Shown here one piece after another: positions 1 to 10,312 of a DNA stretch of 64,000 nt. Numbering within the stretch: the stretch's first letter is position 1; every line of letters begins with the position of its first letter. The stretch covers positions 3,936,001 through 4,000,000 of the forward strand of contig OY730476.1 of NCBI GenBank assembly GCA_963422735.1, given 5' to 3'. Both the position numbers and the translations under genes were made by a program. This stretch comes from Candidatus Latescibacterota bacterium. Lineage in GTDB: Bacteria > Latescibacterota > UBA2968 > UBA8231. Under the pieces are notes generated by a model, which was not told where the DNA came from, did no database searches, and worked only from the letters and a program-made list of their open reading frames with translations.

Positions 1-420
1 AGCACTCGCCGGGTGGAAGCTGCGATGGATGCGGTCACCGAAGAAGGAATCCAAGGTCAGTTGCGCCGCCCGGCGCGGTCCCAGAACGTAACCTATGCAG
101 ATGTGGCACTTATGGCTTGGCACTTTGAGGTAAACTATGCAGCGGCGGTGTGGCGGCTGCGCGGCTTGAATCTCGTCAGCCAAGAACATGCCCAGACGCT
201 TCTCGGGCAGACTGAAGAGGCCAAGTGCTATCTCCGCGCTGTATCGGATGTCGAGGATTCCGCAGACGGCGCCCATTGGGAGCACGAGTTGAATTGGCAG
301 ATTCTATCGCTGGCTTTGGAGGCGCGGTGGCGCGGGGAGATTTCGCAGGGTCGTCTGTTGGAAGTGGGGCAGCTGTTGGGCATTGACGACGAGACGCTTC
401 TCGACTTAGCTGAATGCTGA
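1..420 (+). CDS. C-terminal part of an ImmA/IrrE-family (XRE-HTH + Zn-peptidase) protein, cut by the window edge
   Basis: 'MAWHFEVNYAAAVWRLRGLNLVS' and 'GEISQGRLLEVGQLLGID' resemble ImmA/IrrE C-termini; followed by a PIN gene, a common pairing. Confidence 0.6.
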   Translation, partial: STRRVEAAMDAVTEEGIQGQLRRPARSQNVTYADVALMAWHFEVNYAAAVWRLRGLNLVSQEHAQTLLGQTEEAKCYLRAVSDVEDSADGAHWEHELNWQILSLALEARWRGEISQGRLLEVGQLLGIDDETLLDLAEC

Positions 421-483
421 ATTGGCTTCGACGACTCGATTGAGCTCAGCCGAAACGCAAGTGGCCTTCCTTGGATTCTGTAA

Positions 484-996
484 ATGCAGCAGAAAGATCC
501 AACGCCGATTGTTATTGATGCTTCGGTCCTGCTGAATTTCGTGAAAATTGGTCGTGTTGAGTTGCTTAGTCATCTCGGCCCAGCGGTCGTGTTGCCCGAC
601 CAAGTGCTCGATGAAATAAGGCGTCCAGAATAAAAGAAGGCGGTCGAAGATGCTGTGGCAGCGGGCATACTTGACTTACAAAGCGTTGACGGCCTAGCGG
701 AAGTTGCTCTATTCGCCAAACTTCAAGCAGACGGCCGGCTTGGTGCAGGCGAGTGCGATGTCCTCGCCGTTGCACTCATGCAGGGTTGGGTCGCCGGGCT
801 TCAGGACCGCAGGGCGCGAGTTGAAGGGCAACGCCGGCGTAGAGACTTGGTAATCTATCAGACGGAGGACTTGGTGCTGAAGTTGATCGAGAATGAAACC
901 TTGACCGTTGAAGAAGCTGACGGGTTTCTCTCTGAGTGGGCGGCGAATCACCAGAAGGAGAGTTTAAACAATAGAAAGATAACAAGTTGGCTATAA
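484..996 (+). pseudogene. PIN-domain ribonuclease with premature stop
   Basis: ATG 484 reads 'IVIDASVLLNF...VLDEIRRPE', then TAA at 631-633; the same frame continues 'LGAGECDVLAVA...LQDRRAR' (PIN acidic motifs). Confidence 0.75.
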
Positions 997-1049
997 AGAC
1001 TATAGTTCGTTTCGGGCTGAACAGGATAGACTTGCCGAATATTGTGGCT

Positions 1050-1664
1050 GCTCCACCGATGCTCAATACACGCGGCATGTCCATCGCCGCGCTGATGCGT
1101 TGCAAGTTCCTCCTCGCCAAGAAAATCGGAAACAAGATCGCCGCCATTCGCCAAGAGGAACGAAGCAGCGTCTATCAGCAGTACCTCTTGGTGCCCGAAG
1201 CCAACACAGCGGTCTCTTTCGACATGGCTTTCGCGTTTACGGGCAACATGTACTGGGATCAAAAGCACTATCGCGGGCGCTGGAAACCGGGCAAGCACTT
1301 CTTAGGCCCGGATCGCGTTCCCGCCTTTGACGGCGCGGAAATGTGATGCGCTCGGGTCATTGATAGTCTGGCGGCCGTGCAGTACTGGATTCGCAATGTA
1401 GCGCGCCATCCCAACTCGTTTTGGCTGCCCACCGCAACGGACAAATTCTACCCGGACTTTGTCGCCTTGCTAAACGACGGTCGTCTCCTCGTTGTCGAAT
1501 ACAAGGGCGCACATCTCGCCGAAGGGACTGATACCAACGAAAAGCGGACTATTGGTGCCCTTTGGGAGCGAGAGAGCAAAGGCATGGGCTTCTTCATCAT
1601 CGCGGAGAAAATGGTCCATGGGAAGGACGTGTGGCAGCAATTAGAAGAGAAAATCGGAATTTGA
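1050..1664 (+). pseudogene. C-terminal remnant of a type III restriction enzyme Res subunit
   Basis: 'YWIRNVARHPNSFWLPTATDKFYPDFVA...LVVEYKG' PD-(D/E)xK tail; in-frame TGA at 1344-1346; no helicase domain; 5' boundary approximate. Confidence 0.75.
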
Positions 1665-1760
1665 AATATGTTTCCGGCGGACGATTTGAAGTTTGCGAGA
1701 GCGAGACGCCCACGCTCTCAGAGGCGTTGATATCTCAAGCAGTTTGGTCCTTTTCTGGAT

Positions 1761-1827
1761 GTCATGCCTAAAAGCCTGCGCCCGTGAAAACGGGTGGCGC
1801 GGTGAAGCCCGCCTACGCGGGAATGAC
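1761..1827. repeat. Degenerate dRS3/REP-like palindromic element
   Basis: GTCAT at 1761 ... CCCGCCTACGCGGGAATGAC at 1808-1827. Confidence 0.4.
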
Positions 1828-1944
1828 AGCGCGGGCCGTCGTTCAAGATCAACCGAAAGCAAAATGAGTTTTGAAAACGCTTCTTAGGAGGGATGTTCAC
1901 CGCTTCACCCTCTTCACTGCTGTACCTCGTTTTCGGATGCGTAG

Positions 1945-3222
1945 ATGAGCTATGCCCAGCTAACCCGCTTCATGTTGCCCCTAGTGGTGACGGCGCTGGT
2001 GCAAGAGCTTAGTGGCCAGTTCCTCAACGGCGGCATGGCGCGCATGCCGCGGGCAGTCGAAACGCTGGCTGCCTTCGGCTTGGCCTTTGGCTTGGCTGTC
2101 TTCCTCGCCGGCACCTTATCCCAGGTGCGGCAGCTCGGCTTGGTCCTCGTCGAGCACACCCAAGGCTACCGAGTCTGCTCCCGCTTTGTGCTCGCCGCCG
2201 GGCTGCTGTTGGCCGGCATCTTGGCCAGCTTGGCGCTGACGCCTTTGGGGACTTGGATTATCAACGACCTGCACGGGGTTGATCCCGCACTCGGCGACGC
2301 GGTGCGCTTGGCCCTGCTGTGGCTCGTCCCCTACCCCGTCCTGCAGGGGATGACGCGCTTTTACAGCGGCGAACTCATCCGCGTTCGCCGCACCGACGTC
2401 CCCGCCTATGCCACCACCACTGGGATCGTCCTCAGCATCCTCGCGGTCTTTGCCCTGCTGCCGCTTGGCTTTGTCCGCCAGACCCCCATCTTACTGCCGG
2501 TCTTAGCCACGTACACAGGTGCCCTTACCGAGCTTTGCGTGGTCGCGTGGGGCCGCTGGCGCTTAGTGCGCCGGCCCGCACAAGCCACTGCACCGGCCCT
2601 GACCTACTTCTACGTCCTGCGCTTTTTCTGGCCCTTGGCGCTAATCATGGCCGTGCAGGCTGGTACCCGGCCGCTGATCAACATGTTCGTCGCCCGCAGC
2701 ATCGACGGCACCCAAGCGCTGGCCGTGCTGACCATCGTCTATGCGCTCGGCCACATCCCCTATGGCTGGCTCAACGAACTGCGCAACCTGCCGACGGCCT
2801 TCCGCCAAGAAGGGGACTTGGCCAAGATTCGCCGCTTCTGCTTGGGCTGTTGTCTGTTTTCCTGTGCGTGGATGGCGGCCCTGTTTTGGACGCCGGCTGT
2901 CAATTACATACTCGGCACTTGGATCGGCATCGGCTCCGAGTTGATCGCCGACTGCAAGACGCCCCTGCTCCTCTTTACGGGCTTTCCTTTTGTCGTCAGC
3001 CTGCGCAGCTACTTCCACGGCATTGGTCTACTCCAGCACCGCACCCAAGCTATGGCACCGAGTGCCCCGTCGCGGGTAGCGACCGTCTTGCTGATGCTGG
3101 GTCTGCTTTCCAACTTCGATCTCCACGGCGCAACCCAAGCCGTGGGTGCCTTAATCAGCGGCCACACCGTAGAGGCCCTAGTCGTCTGGTGGAGCATCGG
3201 GCGCGGTCGGCGAGCCTCTTGA
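1945..3222 (+). CDS. ANKH-like (MATE/MOP superfamily) membrane transporter
   Basis: Multi-TM 425 aa; 'FFWPLALIMAVQAGTRPLINMFVAR' and 'YALGHIPYGWLNELR' match ANKH motifs as recalled. Confidence 0.75.
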   Translation: MSYAQLTRFMLPLVVTALVQELSGQFLNGGMARMPRAVETLAAFGLAFGLAVFLAGTLSQVRQLGLVLVEHTQGYRVCSRFVLAAGLLLAGILASLALTPLGTWIINDLHGVDPALGDAVRLALLWLVPYPVLQGMTRFYSGELIRVRRTDVPAYATTTGIVLSILAVFALLPLGFVRQTPILLPVLATYTGALTELCVVAWGRWRLVRRPAQATAPALTYFYVLRFFWPLALIMAVQAGTRPLINMFVARSIDGTQALAVLTIVYALGHIPYGWLNELRNLPTAFRQEGDLAKIRRFCLGCCLFSCAWMAALFWTPAVNYILGTWIGIGSELIADCKTPLLLFTGFPFVVSLRSYFHGIGLLQHRTQAMAPSAPSRVATVLLMLGLLSNFDLHGATQAVGALISGHTVEALVVWWSIGRGRRAS

Positions 3223-3268
3223 CGCAGCTAGGGCTGTATCCAACGTTCTCTACGTGAATTTTGCGGGA

Positions 3269-3293
3269 GGGCAACCACAAGGATTGCCCCTAC
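3269..3293. repeat. REP-like palindrome, copy 1
   Basis: GGGCAACCACAAGGATTGCCCCTAC; related copy at 33238-33262. Confidence 0.55.
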
Positions 3294-3342
3294 AAAACGG
3301 TCTTGACCCAACAACAAACCCCGGATAAAGGACGCCATACCC

Positions 3343-4983
3343 ATGAACGGCAACCAAGCCATTGCTCACATCCTCAAGGCCGAAGGCATCGCGTGGCTGT
3401 CGGCTTTTCCCGCCCAGTCGCTGATTGACGAGGCGGCACGCGCTGGGATCCGGCCCGTTATCTGCCGCCAAGAGCGGACGGGCGTCAACATGGCCGACGG
3501 CTTCAGCCGCACGACCAATGGCCGCCCCTTTGGCGTCTTCACCATGCAGACCGGGCCGGGGGCTGAAAACGCGCTCGGCGGCGTGGCCCAGGCCTACGCC
3601 GATTCCATCCCGGTGTTGCTCCTGCCCGGCGGCGTGTTCACGGCCCGCACGCAAGTGCCGCCCAACTTCGACGCGGTGCCCAACTACCGAGGCATCACCA
3701 AATGGGCTGCCAACATCAACCAAGTCGAACGCATTCCCGAGCTGATGCGCCGCGCCTTCAGCCAGCTCGTCCACGGTCGCCTCGGGCCGGTGCTCTTGGA
3801 AATCCCCAGCGACTTGGCCACCGCTGAGCTCCCAGACGACGCCCTCGACTATCAACCGGTCAAAGCCTACAAGTCGGGGGCCGACCCAGACGCGGTCCGC
3901 GATTTGGTTGCCGCGCTCGTCAAGGCCGAATGCCCGGTCGTCAACGCGGGGCACGGCGTACTGTGGGCCGAAGCCACGGACCTGCTCGTAGCCCTCGCCG
4001 AGCTGCTCAACGCGCCCGTTATGACCACCTTGGCTGGCAAGAGCGCGTTTCCCGAAAACCATCCACTCGCGCTGGGCACCGGCGGTCACACTGGCACGCT
4101 GATGGTCGATCGCTTCCTGCAAAAGACCGATTTCGTCTTGGGCGTGGGCACCAGCTTTACCATCTCGGCCTTCAATGCCCCCATGCCCGACCGCGCCGTC
4201 TTGGCGCAGGTGACCAACTGCGCGGAGGATCTCAACAAAGACTACCGAATCGACTTGGGGGTCATCGGCGATGCGCGGATCGTGCTGGAACAGATCATCG
4301 AGGAAGTCCGTCGGCAGCTTGGGGCCGACGGGCGCGCCGACGGGCGCGGGACTGCGGCCGAGATTGCGGCCATCCGCGCTGAATTCAACGCCGCGTGGGC
4401 TCCGAGATTCCGCTCGGACGAGGTGCCGATAAACCCCTACCGGGTCTTCGCCGAGCTCGCCCGCGCCGTGGATGTGCCCAACACCATCATCACCCACGAC
4501 TCGGGCTATCCCCGCGATCAGCTCGTGCCGTTCTGGCGGCCTCAAATCCCCAGAGGGTACATCGGCTGGGGCAAATCGACCCAACTCGGCTACGGCTTGG
4601 GTTTGGCATTAGGGGCCAAGTTAGCCGCGCCGGACAAGCAGATCATCAACATCATGGGCGACGCGGCTTTTGGCATGGCGGGTCTCGACATCGAGACCGC
4701 GGTGCGCGCAGAAATTCCCATTCTCACGGTGGTGCTCAACAACGGCGTGATGACCCACTACGACCAGCACATGCCCTACGCTAGCGAGCACTGGCAGAGC
4801 AACCAGCTCGGCGGCCACTACGCACAGGTGGCCGAGGCCCTCGGTGCCCACGCCGAGCGCGTCGAATCGCCCCCGGACTTGGCACCGGCCATCCAACGTG
4901 CGCTCGTGGCCAACCGCGAAGGCCGCGCCGCTCTAGTGGAAGTAATGACTAAGGCGGAAGAAAACATCGCCAAATTTTGGTAA
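3343..4983 (+). CDS. Thiamine-pyrophosphate-dependent enzyme (acetolactate synthase-like)
   Basis: 'RQERTGVNMADG', 'GPGAEN', TPP motif 'GDAAF...LNNG'. Confidence 0.9.
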   Translation: MNGNQAIAHILKAEGIAWLSAFPAQSLIDEAARAGIRPVICRQERTGVNMADGFSRTTNGRPFGVFTMQTGPGAENALGGVAQAYADSIPVLLLPGGVFTARTQVPPNFDAVPNYRGITKWAANINQVERIPELMRRAFSQLVHGRLGPVLLEIPSDLATAELPDDALDYQPVKAYKSGADPDAVRDLVAALVKAECPVVNAGHGVLWAEATDLLVALAELLNAPVMTTLAGKSAFPENHPLALGTGGHTGTLMVDRFLQKTDFVLGVGTSFTISAFNAPMPDRAVLAQVTNCAEDLNKDYRIDLGVIGDARIVLEQIIEEVRRQLGADGRADGRGTAAEIAAIRAEFNAAWAPRFRSDEVPINPYRVFAELARAVDVPNTIITHDSGYPRDQLVPFWRPQIPRGYIGWGKSTQLGYGLGLALGAKLAAPDKQIINIMGDAAFGMAGLDIETAVRAEIPILTVVLNNGVMTHYDQHMPYASEHWQSNQLGGHYAQVAEALGAHAERVESPPDLAPAIQRALVANREGRAALVEVMTKAEENIAKFW

Positions 4984-4993
4984 GGAGGAGAAA

Positions 4994-6076
4994 ATGAACC
5001 CATACAAAGCCGTTCTCATCGGCTGCAGCCGCATGGGTGCTTTTATCGACAACGAGGTTCCTGCCGATATGCGCCCGTACTCCCACGCCGCCGGGTACGA
5101 GGCTTGTGAGCGTACGGACCTTATCGCCTGCTCGGACCTGCGCCCCGAGGTGATGGGAAGGGTCGGCAAGCGCTACGGCATCCCCGCGGACAAGCAATAC
5201 ACCGACCATCGAGAGATGCTCGTGCGCGAAAAGCCGGACATCGTCAGCGTCGCCACCCAGCCCGAGCACCGCGCCGAAATCGTCATCGCAGCGACCGAAG
5301 CAGGTGCCCGCGCCATCTACGCGGAAAAGGCGTTCTCGGCCTCGCTAGAGGAAGCCGATCGCATGGTCGCAGCCTGCCAGCGCCACAACGTCGTGCTCAA
5401 CATGGGCACCAATCGCCGCTTCCACCCCGGCTACGACCAAATGAAGGCCGTCATCGACTCCGGGAGAATTGGTGCGTTGCAAACCCTCATCATCCACCAG
5501 ACCAGTGCGCTCTTCAACGGTGCCAGCCACAGCTTTGACCTGCTCCAGCGTCTCAACTCCGACGCCCCTGCCGCTTGGGTGCAAGCGCATTTGCCCAATG
5601 GCGACGAGATCATCGACGGCGATGTCCTGCGCGAGGACCCGGTCGGGCACGGCATCATCCAGTTCGCCAACGGGGTCACCGCGTACGCGCTCAATTCGGG
5701 TCGGGGATTGGAAGTGGAGGCCGTCTGCGAAAAGGGCGTGGTGACGGCACTGGGCACTGATAAAGAGTGGCAGTTGCGGGCACCGGTAGCACGCGATCAC
5801 CGGGGCCGCGATACATTGGGTTTGGTGGAATTTCCCTCTTTCGAGCACCGGGCTTCGACGCTCTGTCTAATCGAGGATCTGGTCCGCGCACTCGATACGG
5901 GCGAGCCTCCGCGCGGCGGTGCCGAGCTAGCACGGGCCAATACCGAGCTAATTTTCGCATTTGTCGAGTCGCACCAACGCGGCGGTGCTCGCGTAGAGTT
6001 GCCGCTTGCCGGGAGCAAGTATCGGCTGGCGCGGGATCGCGCGCCGCGGCAGCCTAAGTACGAGGCGGGCGTTTGA
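4994..6076 (+). CDS. Gfo/Idh/MocA-family oxidoreductase
   Basis: 'LIGCSRMG', 'YAEKA', 'NRRFHP'; AGGAGG RBS upstream. Confidence 0.85.
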   Translation: MNPYKAVLIGCSRMGAFIDNEVPADMRPYSHAAGYEACERTDLIACSDLRPEVMGRVGKRYGIPADKQYTDHREMLVREKPDIVSVATQPEHRAEIVIAATEAGARAIYAEKAFSASLEEADRMVAACQRHNVVLNMGTNRRFHPGYDQMKAVIDSGRIGALQTLIIHQTSALFNGASHSFDLLQRLNSDAPAAWVQAHLPNGDEIIDGDVLREDPVGHGIIQFANGVTAYALNSGRGLEVEAVCEKGVVTALGTDKEWQLRAPVARDHRGRDTLGLVEFPSFEHRASTLCLIEDLVRALDTGEPPRGGAELARANTELIFAFVESHQRGGARVELPLAGSKYRLARDRAPRQPKYEAGV

Positions 6077-6222
6077 GTCTGTCTGGCGTTAGATAAACCG
6101 ACAAACTGTTTCTCATATCCTAAGAGAAATTCTACTTGGCTCCATGCGTTTCGATGAGTGACGATAGTTTCGGTGGAGCCTCGCTGCCCCTCGCGTACAA
6201 ACCAAAAGATGGGACTAAACCC

Positions 6223-6714
6223 TCATTGCTCTAACTTTACGGTCAATGACCGGGTGCGTTGAGCAATGGTCTTGGATTCGTCGAGTTCGCCATCTCCAAC
6301 GTTCAACTCCTGAAATCGCCGCATAGGGGGCAAGACTCTGCGCTCCAGCGAACCGATGGGCCGATTGTAACTCTCAATAGTCTGATCGATACGCCACCTC
6401 AAATTGTTGAGGTGGCGAAAGAATGGTTCCATGCGCTGGTAGAGCTCTTTGCTCGTAGCTGCTATTTGACGTGCATTTTTAGACACCGCTTGTTGTTGCC
6501 ATTCATAAGCAACAGCCTTCAAGAGTGCCAAAAGCGTCACAGGTGTCGCTATCAGTACCTTACTTTTCAAGGCATCGTCTAACAAATTTGGCTCTTCTAT
6601 AAATGCCGCCTCAACACTGGCTTCGACTGGCACAAACATGACGACAAACTCCGGAGCCTTTTCGAATTGCGCCCAGTAGGCTTTTTGTTCCAATTCGCGC
6701 ACCCGATTATGCAC
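6223..6714 (-). pseudogene. rmuC: C-terminal fragment of DNA recombination protein RmuC
   Basis: 'PEFVVMFVPVE...VLIATPVTLLALLKAVAYEWQQ...GSLERRVLP'; N-terminal coiled-coil part missing. Confidence 0.8.
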
Positions 6715-7140
6715 TATGCGAGAACAGCGGCAGTAGTGCTGCGCCCAACGCCACCCTTGACCGAGAACAACGTGTAGCGCATCGGCGTCCTTTGCGGGTC
6801 TGAATCGCCGACTGTCCACCAATCGCGGCTGGTTACTAGACGATCGACCCAATACACGCCGGGAAGAATCTCTTGCGCCATGTCGTTGAGTGCTTTCAGC
6901 ATGGCGTCATCCACGAACAGAACGGCCTCTTCGGCAGGGTAGCCATGTTTGCCGAGCGTTTTGTGTAGGCCAGCGGCGAGGCGTTGCAGCGTACTATCCT
7001 CTTGAACTGCGTCCGACACCAATATACGCACCCTTCCGAACAAATCTCGCGCCAAGTAGATGGAAGTAGTCTCGTCGGGAATTGCCTCGCTTTTGAGCAT
7101 ATCGGTCACGCGCTGCTGCATGGCATCGAAGGAAACGAAG
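6714..7140 (-). pseudogene. N-terminal fragment of a KGGVGR-motif ParA-like ATPase
   Basis: 'RDLFGRVRILV' and 'LFSVKGGVGRSTTAAVLA', then TAG immediately after the Walker A. Confidence 0.75.
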
Positions 7141-7518
7141 TAGCCATCCTGTTCTGCGCGTTGAACCATATAATAAACCGTACAAGCTGCTTTGCGATGC
7201 GGCTCCACGTCTGCTCTTTGGAAATGGCATCCACGGGCATAGCGGTTGTGATGCGACCAGTTATGGAACGGGTCGCCGTTCGGGATTTGACTCAGGTACT
7301 GCGATCCATTCCTACCGTTGACGAAGCTCTTGAAGATCAGCCACAGCTTCTTCACATGATTTTGGTGCTGTTCATCAGTCGGTTTTCCATCCGATTCGAC
7401 AGACATCCCAAGGGCCTTCATCACCGCCTTGCTGAACCCGTATAACTGATCGGCGTTTGCACAGCGACTCTGGTCGGAGAGTAGCTCCGCGTCTTGCCAG
7501 TGGCGTCGGCAGGATGTA
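7141..7518 (-). pseudogene. HEPN-like protein remnant, in frame with the ATPase fragment
   Basis: 'RRHWQDAELL...ANADQLYGFS(gap)KAVM...PFHNWSHHNRY'; no start codon seen after the PhyH stop. Confidence 0.55.
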
Positions 7519-8817
7519 TCACTGTCGGGTTTCACCGTTATCTGACCGCGCCCAAGTAGCCACAAATTTGTCCACGCCAAAGCCTTCGGGCATCTCGCTG
7601 TTAAAGGTGCGCAGCGGCCGAGATTCAAAGTTCGGCGGGTCGGCTGCGGGCCGGAGGGCTGTGTATATATTGCTGTAATGTTGGTGGACGCGAGCCTCGT
7701 CTTGCTGCAATTGCTCGTTGAGTGCGGCAAAGCGGGTTTGCAGGGCCGTGGCCTCAGCAGCGGTGAAGCGCTGCGCCATATCCTCGGCGTAGTATGCAGG
7801 CGGCGATCCGTCGATCAGTGGCTGGCGCTCTTGCATGGACATTTGGGCGATCTCCGGCCGATGCAGGAGGACGACCTTGTTGGCGATCCGGCACAACAGC
7901 ACCACGCTCACCATGCGGCCGAACTCGCCCGGGTGCAGCTCGGCCAAGCAATGGCGGAACTTTTGCTCGTCGCTGGCAATCAGCGCGCAGAAGGTCTCCT
8001 CAATCTGGTCGCGCTCCTGATCGTAGTACTTGGCCCAGTGGGCAAAATGGGCCTCGGCCGCGGACGGGATGTATTGCCGGAAGCCATCGGTGTGATACCA
8101 GTCGAGATGGTGGTGATACGAGAGAATCTGGCCGCCGAAGGAGCGATAGCCGAGGTGGATGGTGCGGCGTAGCTGGCTGGTGTACTTGCTGCCCCAGTGC
8201 ATCATCAGGTTGGGATAGACGATCCCGTCGCCGGGCTGTAGCTCGACGGGGATTCCGCCTTCTAGCGGTGCTTTTGGGTCCAGCATGAGCTGCCGCCGCT
8301 GCGCTTCGTTGGTCGGCTGCTTGTGACTGGTGGGCAGGATCCAGAATACGTCGTCTTCGTAGAGCGCGATGTTCCACTGCACATATCCTGGGGCGTTGGC
8401 CATTAGATCCGCTTGCATGCCGCTGAGCGGTGCCTGCTCAGCCGAGCTCGCGTCGCGGTGCCAGTCCGTGTACCCATAATCGATCAGCCCGCTGCACAGC
8501 GCACCAAAGGCGGTGAGGGCCGTCACCGGAGCCTGCATGAGCTGGGCACTGACGCCGAAGGTGGTCTCGCCGAGACAAAAGTCGATGACATCGGCGGTCT
8601 CGGTGCCAATCGAATTCATGTTCAGCCGCGGATGGATGCTCTCGTACCAAGTACTGCCGAGCGGCTCGCCGGGTTGGTGCGCGGCTGCCGAGCATGCCTT
8701 TTCCTGGTCCACCATCCACTCGATGGCGAGCCGCATCGCGCCCAACCGCTCGGGCGGCACGACGTTGCGCAAGATCAGATAGCCTTTGCGGCGGAATTGT
8801 TGCAGATCGACTTGCAT
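7519..8817 (-). CDS. Phytanoyl-CoA dioxygenase (PhyH) family protein
   Basis: 'FRRKGYLILRNVV', 'WHRD', 'LPTSH', 'MHWGS'. Confidence 0.85.
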   Translation of the reverse strand: MQVDLQQFRRKGYLILRNVVPPERLGAMRLAIEWMVDQEKACSAAAHQPGEPLGSTWYESIHPRLNMNSIGTETADVIDFCLGETTFGVSAQLMQAPVTALTAFGALCSGLIDYGYTDWHRDASSAEQAPLSGMQADLMANAPGYVQWNIALYEDDVFWILPTSHKQPTNEAQRRQLMLDPKAPLEGGIPVELQPGDGIVYPNLMMHWGSKYTSQLRRTIHLGYRSFGGQILSYHHHLDWYHTDGFRQYIPSAAEAHFAHWAKYYDQERDQIEETFCALIASDEQKFRHCLAELHPGEFGRMVSVVLLCRIANKVVLLHRPEIAQMSMQERQPLIDGSPPAYYAEDMAQRFTAAEATALQTRFAALNEQLQQDEARVHQHYSNIYTALRPAADPPNFESRPLRTFNSEMPEGFGVDKFVATWARSDNGETRQ

Positions 8818-8829
8818 GACTCTCTCCTA

Positions 8830-10236
8830 TCAGCTAGGGGACCGCTGGGCGGCTTGTTCGATCAAAAGCCGATTCTGCTGGCTTTGCCGTACCTGCGCCT
8901 CTAAAGCGACCGGGTCCCACTCGGACAATAGCCGCTCTTGGAGGTCGGCTAAGGTGGCCGCGTAGGCTGGAAGGCCCGCTAGGTCGTCGAATTCGTTGGG
9001 GTCGGCCTCTACGTCGTATAGCTGGGGTGGATCCCCCAAGCTGTAGTGGAGCTTGTAGCGGCCGCGTCGCAACATGGCCGTTGGCCGCGCCACGCCGTGG
9101 GCTAGGTATTCGGAAAAGGCTTCGTCTTTCCAGTCTGCGCCTTGCCCTTGCAGCAATCCCAATAGACTATCGCCGTTCAGCGGTCCCGAGCTGGGTGCGC
9201 CGGCCACATCGACGATGGTCGCCACCATATCCACCAGCGACACTACTTCGCCGATGTGCCGACCGGCCGGGATCTGCCCGGGATAGACCATTTGCAGCGG
9301 CACCTTGGCGGACGCCTCGTACAGGCTCGACTTCCGCCACATACCGTGCTCGCCGTTCATTTCTCCGTGATCGCTGAAGTGCACGATGAGCGTGTTGTCG
9401 CGCTGCCCGGTTTCCTCTAGGGCAGCAAGCAGGCGGCCGATCTTTTCGTCTAGATAGGTAATCAGCCCGTAGTAGCCAGCGCGTGCGCGGCGCACTTGTT
9501 CTTCGGGGAAATCGCCCGCCCCGAACATCGCCCGCATCCGCTGGTGTACGGGGTGTTGGCTTTCGAGATGGCCGGGGGGAATCTCCGGCATGTCGATTTG
9601 CTCGAGGGGATAGAGATTGAAAAACCGCTCGGGCACCACGAGCGGAAAATGCGGCGCAATAAACGAGACATTCAGTGCCCAAGGCCGCTGCTTGCGGCCC
9701 GGGTCGCGCAGATAGGCCAGCGCTTGTTTCTCCACCAGATCATCGACTTCGATCTCTTGGGTCGTCCCCGGCCCGGCCTCGGCGACCCCACCCCAAGGTG
9801 CTTTGGCCGGTGGTGTGCCCTTGCTCCAGTCGGGTGTACCGCGTGGGACGCCATCTTTGGTCCACAGCTCGGCGTGCAAATCGCGCGCTAGCTGGGCGCG
9901 GAAGCCGTGCAATTGGTCCGGGCCGCAAAAGTGCTGTTTGCCCGAGAGCACCACATCGTAGCCAACGGCGCGCAGCCGATGGGCCCAAGTGACCGCATCC
10001 GACGGCAGGGGGCTGGCATTGTCAAAGGACCCGATCTGGCTGATGTAGCGGCCGGTCATAAATGACATCCGCGACGGTAGGCAGAGCGGAGAGTTGCAAT
10101 AGGCGTTGTCAAAGGTCGCGCCCTCGGCGGCCAATTGATCCATAAAGGGTGTCTGCACGAGCGGATGCCGGTAGGGGCCGCTGTACATGGGCGCGTGTTC
10201 GTCCGTCATAATGAGCAGTATGTTGGGGCGATTCAC
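8830..10236 (-). CDS. Sulfatase (choline-sulfatase-like)
   Basis: 'RPNILLIMTDEH', CxPxR 'CLPSRMSFMTG', 'GKQH', 'SDHGE'. Confidence 0.92.
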   Translation of the reverse strand: MNRPNILLIMTDEHAPMYSGPYRHPLVQTPFMDQLAAEGATFDNAYCNSPLCLPSRMSFMTGRYISQIGSFDNASPLPSDAVTWAHRLRAVGYDVVLSGKQHFCGPDQLHGFRAQLARDLHAELWTKDGVPRGTPDWSKGTPPAKAPWGGVAEAGPGTTQEIEVDDLVEKQALAYLRDPGRKQRPWALNVSFIAPHFPLVVPERFFNLYPLEQIDMPEIPPGHLESQHPVHQRMRAMFGAGDFPEEQVRRARAGYYGLITYLDEKIGRLLAALEETGQRDNTLIVHFSDHGEMNGEHGMWRKSSLYEASAKVPLQMVYPGQIPAGRHIGEVVSLVDMVATIVDVAGAPSSGPLNGDSLLGLLQGQGADWKDEAFSEYLAHGVARPTAMLRRGRYKLHYSLGDPPQLYDVEADPNEFDDLAGLPAYAATLADLQERLLSEWDPVALEAQVRQSQQNRLLIEQAAQRSPS

Positions 10237-10312
10237 GGGTTGCTCCTAGTTTGCAGGCGTGAAAAGTTGCGGGCGAAGATAAGCCAAACAAATTGCGTCA
10301 ACCAGCCGCCGC

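Noticed and set aside
1344-1346. In-frame TGA as selenocysteine
   Set aside because: It lies in a 5'-truncated REase remnant with no redox motif or evident SECIS; a nonsense mutation is simpler.
3250-4584. Long antisense and alternate-frame ORFs (e.g. 444 aa here)
   Set aside because: These are shadow ORFs of GC-rich genes with no recognisable motifs.
6714-7730. 338-aa ORF as one functional gene
   Set aside because: Its N-terminus overlaps the PhyH gene in another frame, and the rest is two truncated remnants.
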